Source: Leucoraja erinacea (lineage: Eukaryota). From it: a stretch of DNA of 64,000 nucleotides. Position 1 is the stretch's first letter. Every line of letters starts with the position of its first letter. Under the pieces are notes generated by a model, which searched no databases, was not told the DNA's origin, and was given only the letters and a program-made list of their open reading frames with translations. The position numbers and the translations under genes are program-made. Positions 63,961 through 64,000 of this stretch are shown one piece after another. Where the stretch lies: the NCBI RefSeq assembly GCF_028641065.1, contig NC_073404.1, positions 30,380,001-30,444,000 of the forward strand. The letters are read 5' to 3'.

Positions 63961-64000
63961 GGCAGCAGTGTCTAGGGGAACCCAACTCATCTACACTAAA

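Overview
Repeat-dense vertebrate genomic DNA, almost certainly a cartilaginous fish (skate/ray-like), judged from HE1/V-type tRNA SINEs, CR1/HER1 LINEs, Rex-Babar LINE fragments and Penelope-like elements. Five intron-containing genes can be reconstructed by hand with consistent GT-AG sites and phases. (1) A beta-B-type crystallin on the minus strand (last exon off-window) lies head-to-head with (2) CRYBA1 (194 aa, betaA1 form only). (3) An unnamed 4-exon minus-strand gene encodes a 255-aa class I SAM-dependent methyltransferase-like protein, resembling an uncharacterised microbial/protist-type family; this is the most unexpected element. (4) TMIGD1. (5) Full-length 12-exon BLMH (457 aa). Many short Penelope-derived repeats carry a minimal hammerhead-ribozyme-like core (CTGAAGA-stem-GAAAC), often as inverted or tandem arrays. 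Six N-runs (about 1.8 kb in total) hide sequence. All family assignments come from motif recognition and memory, not database searches.
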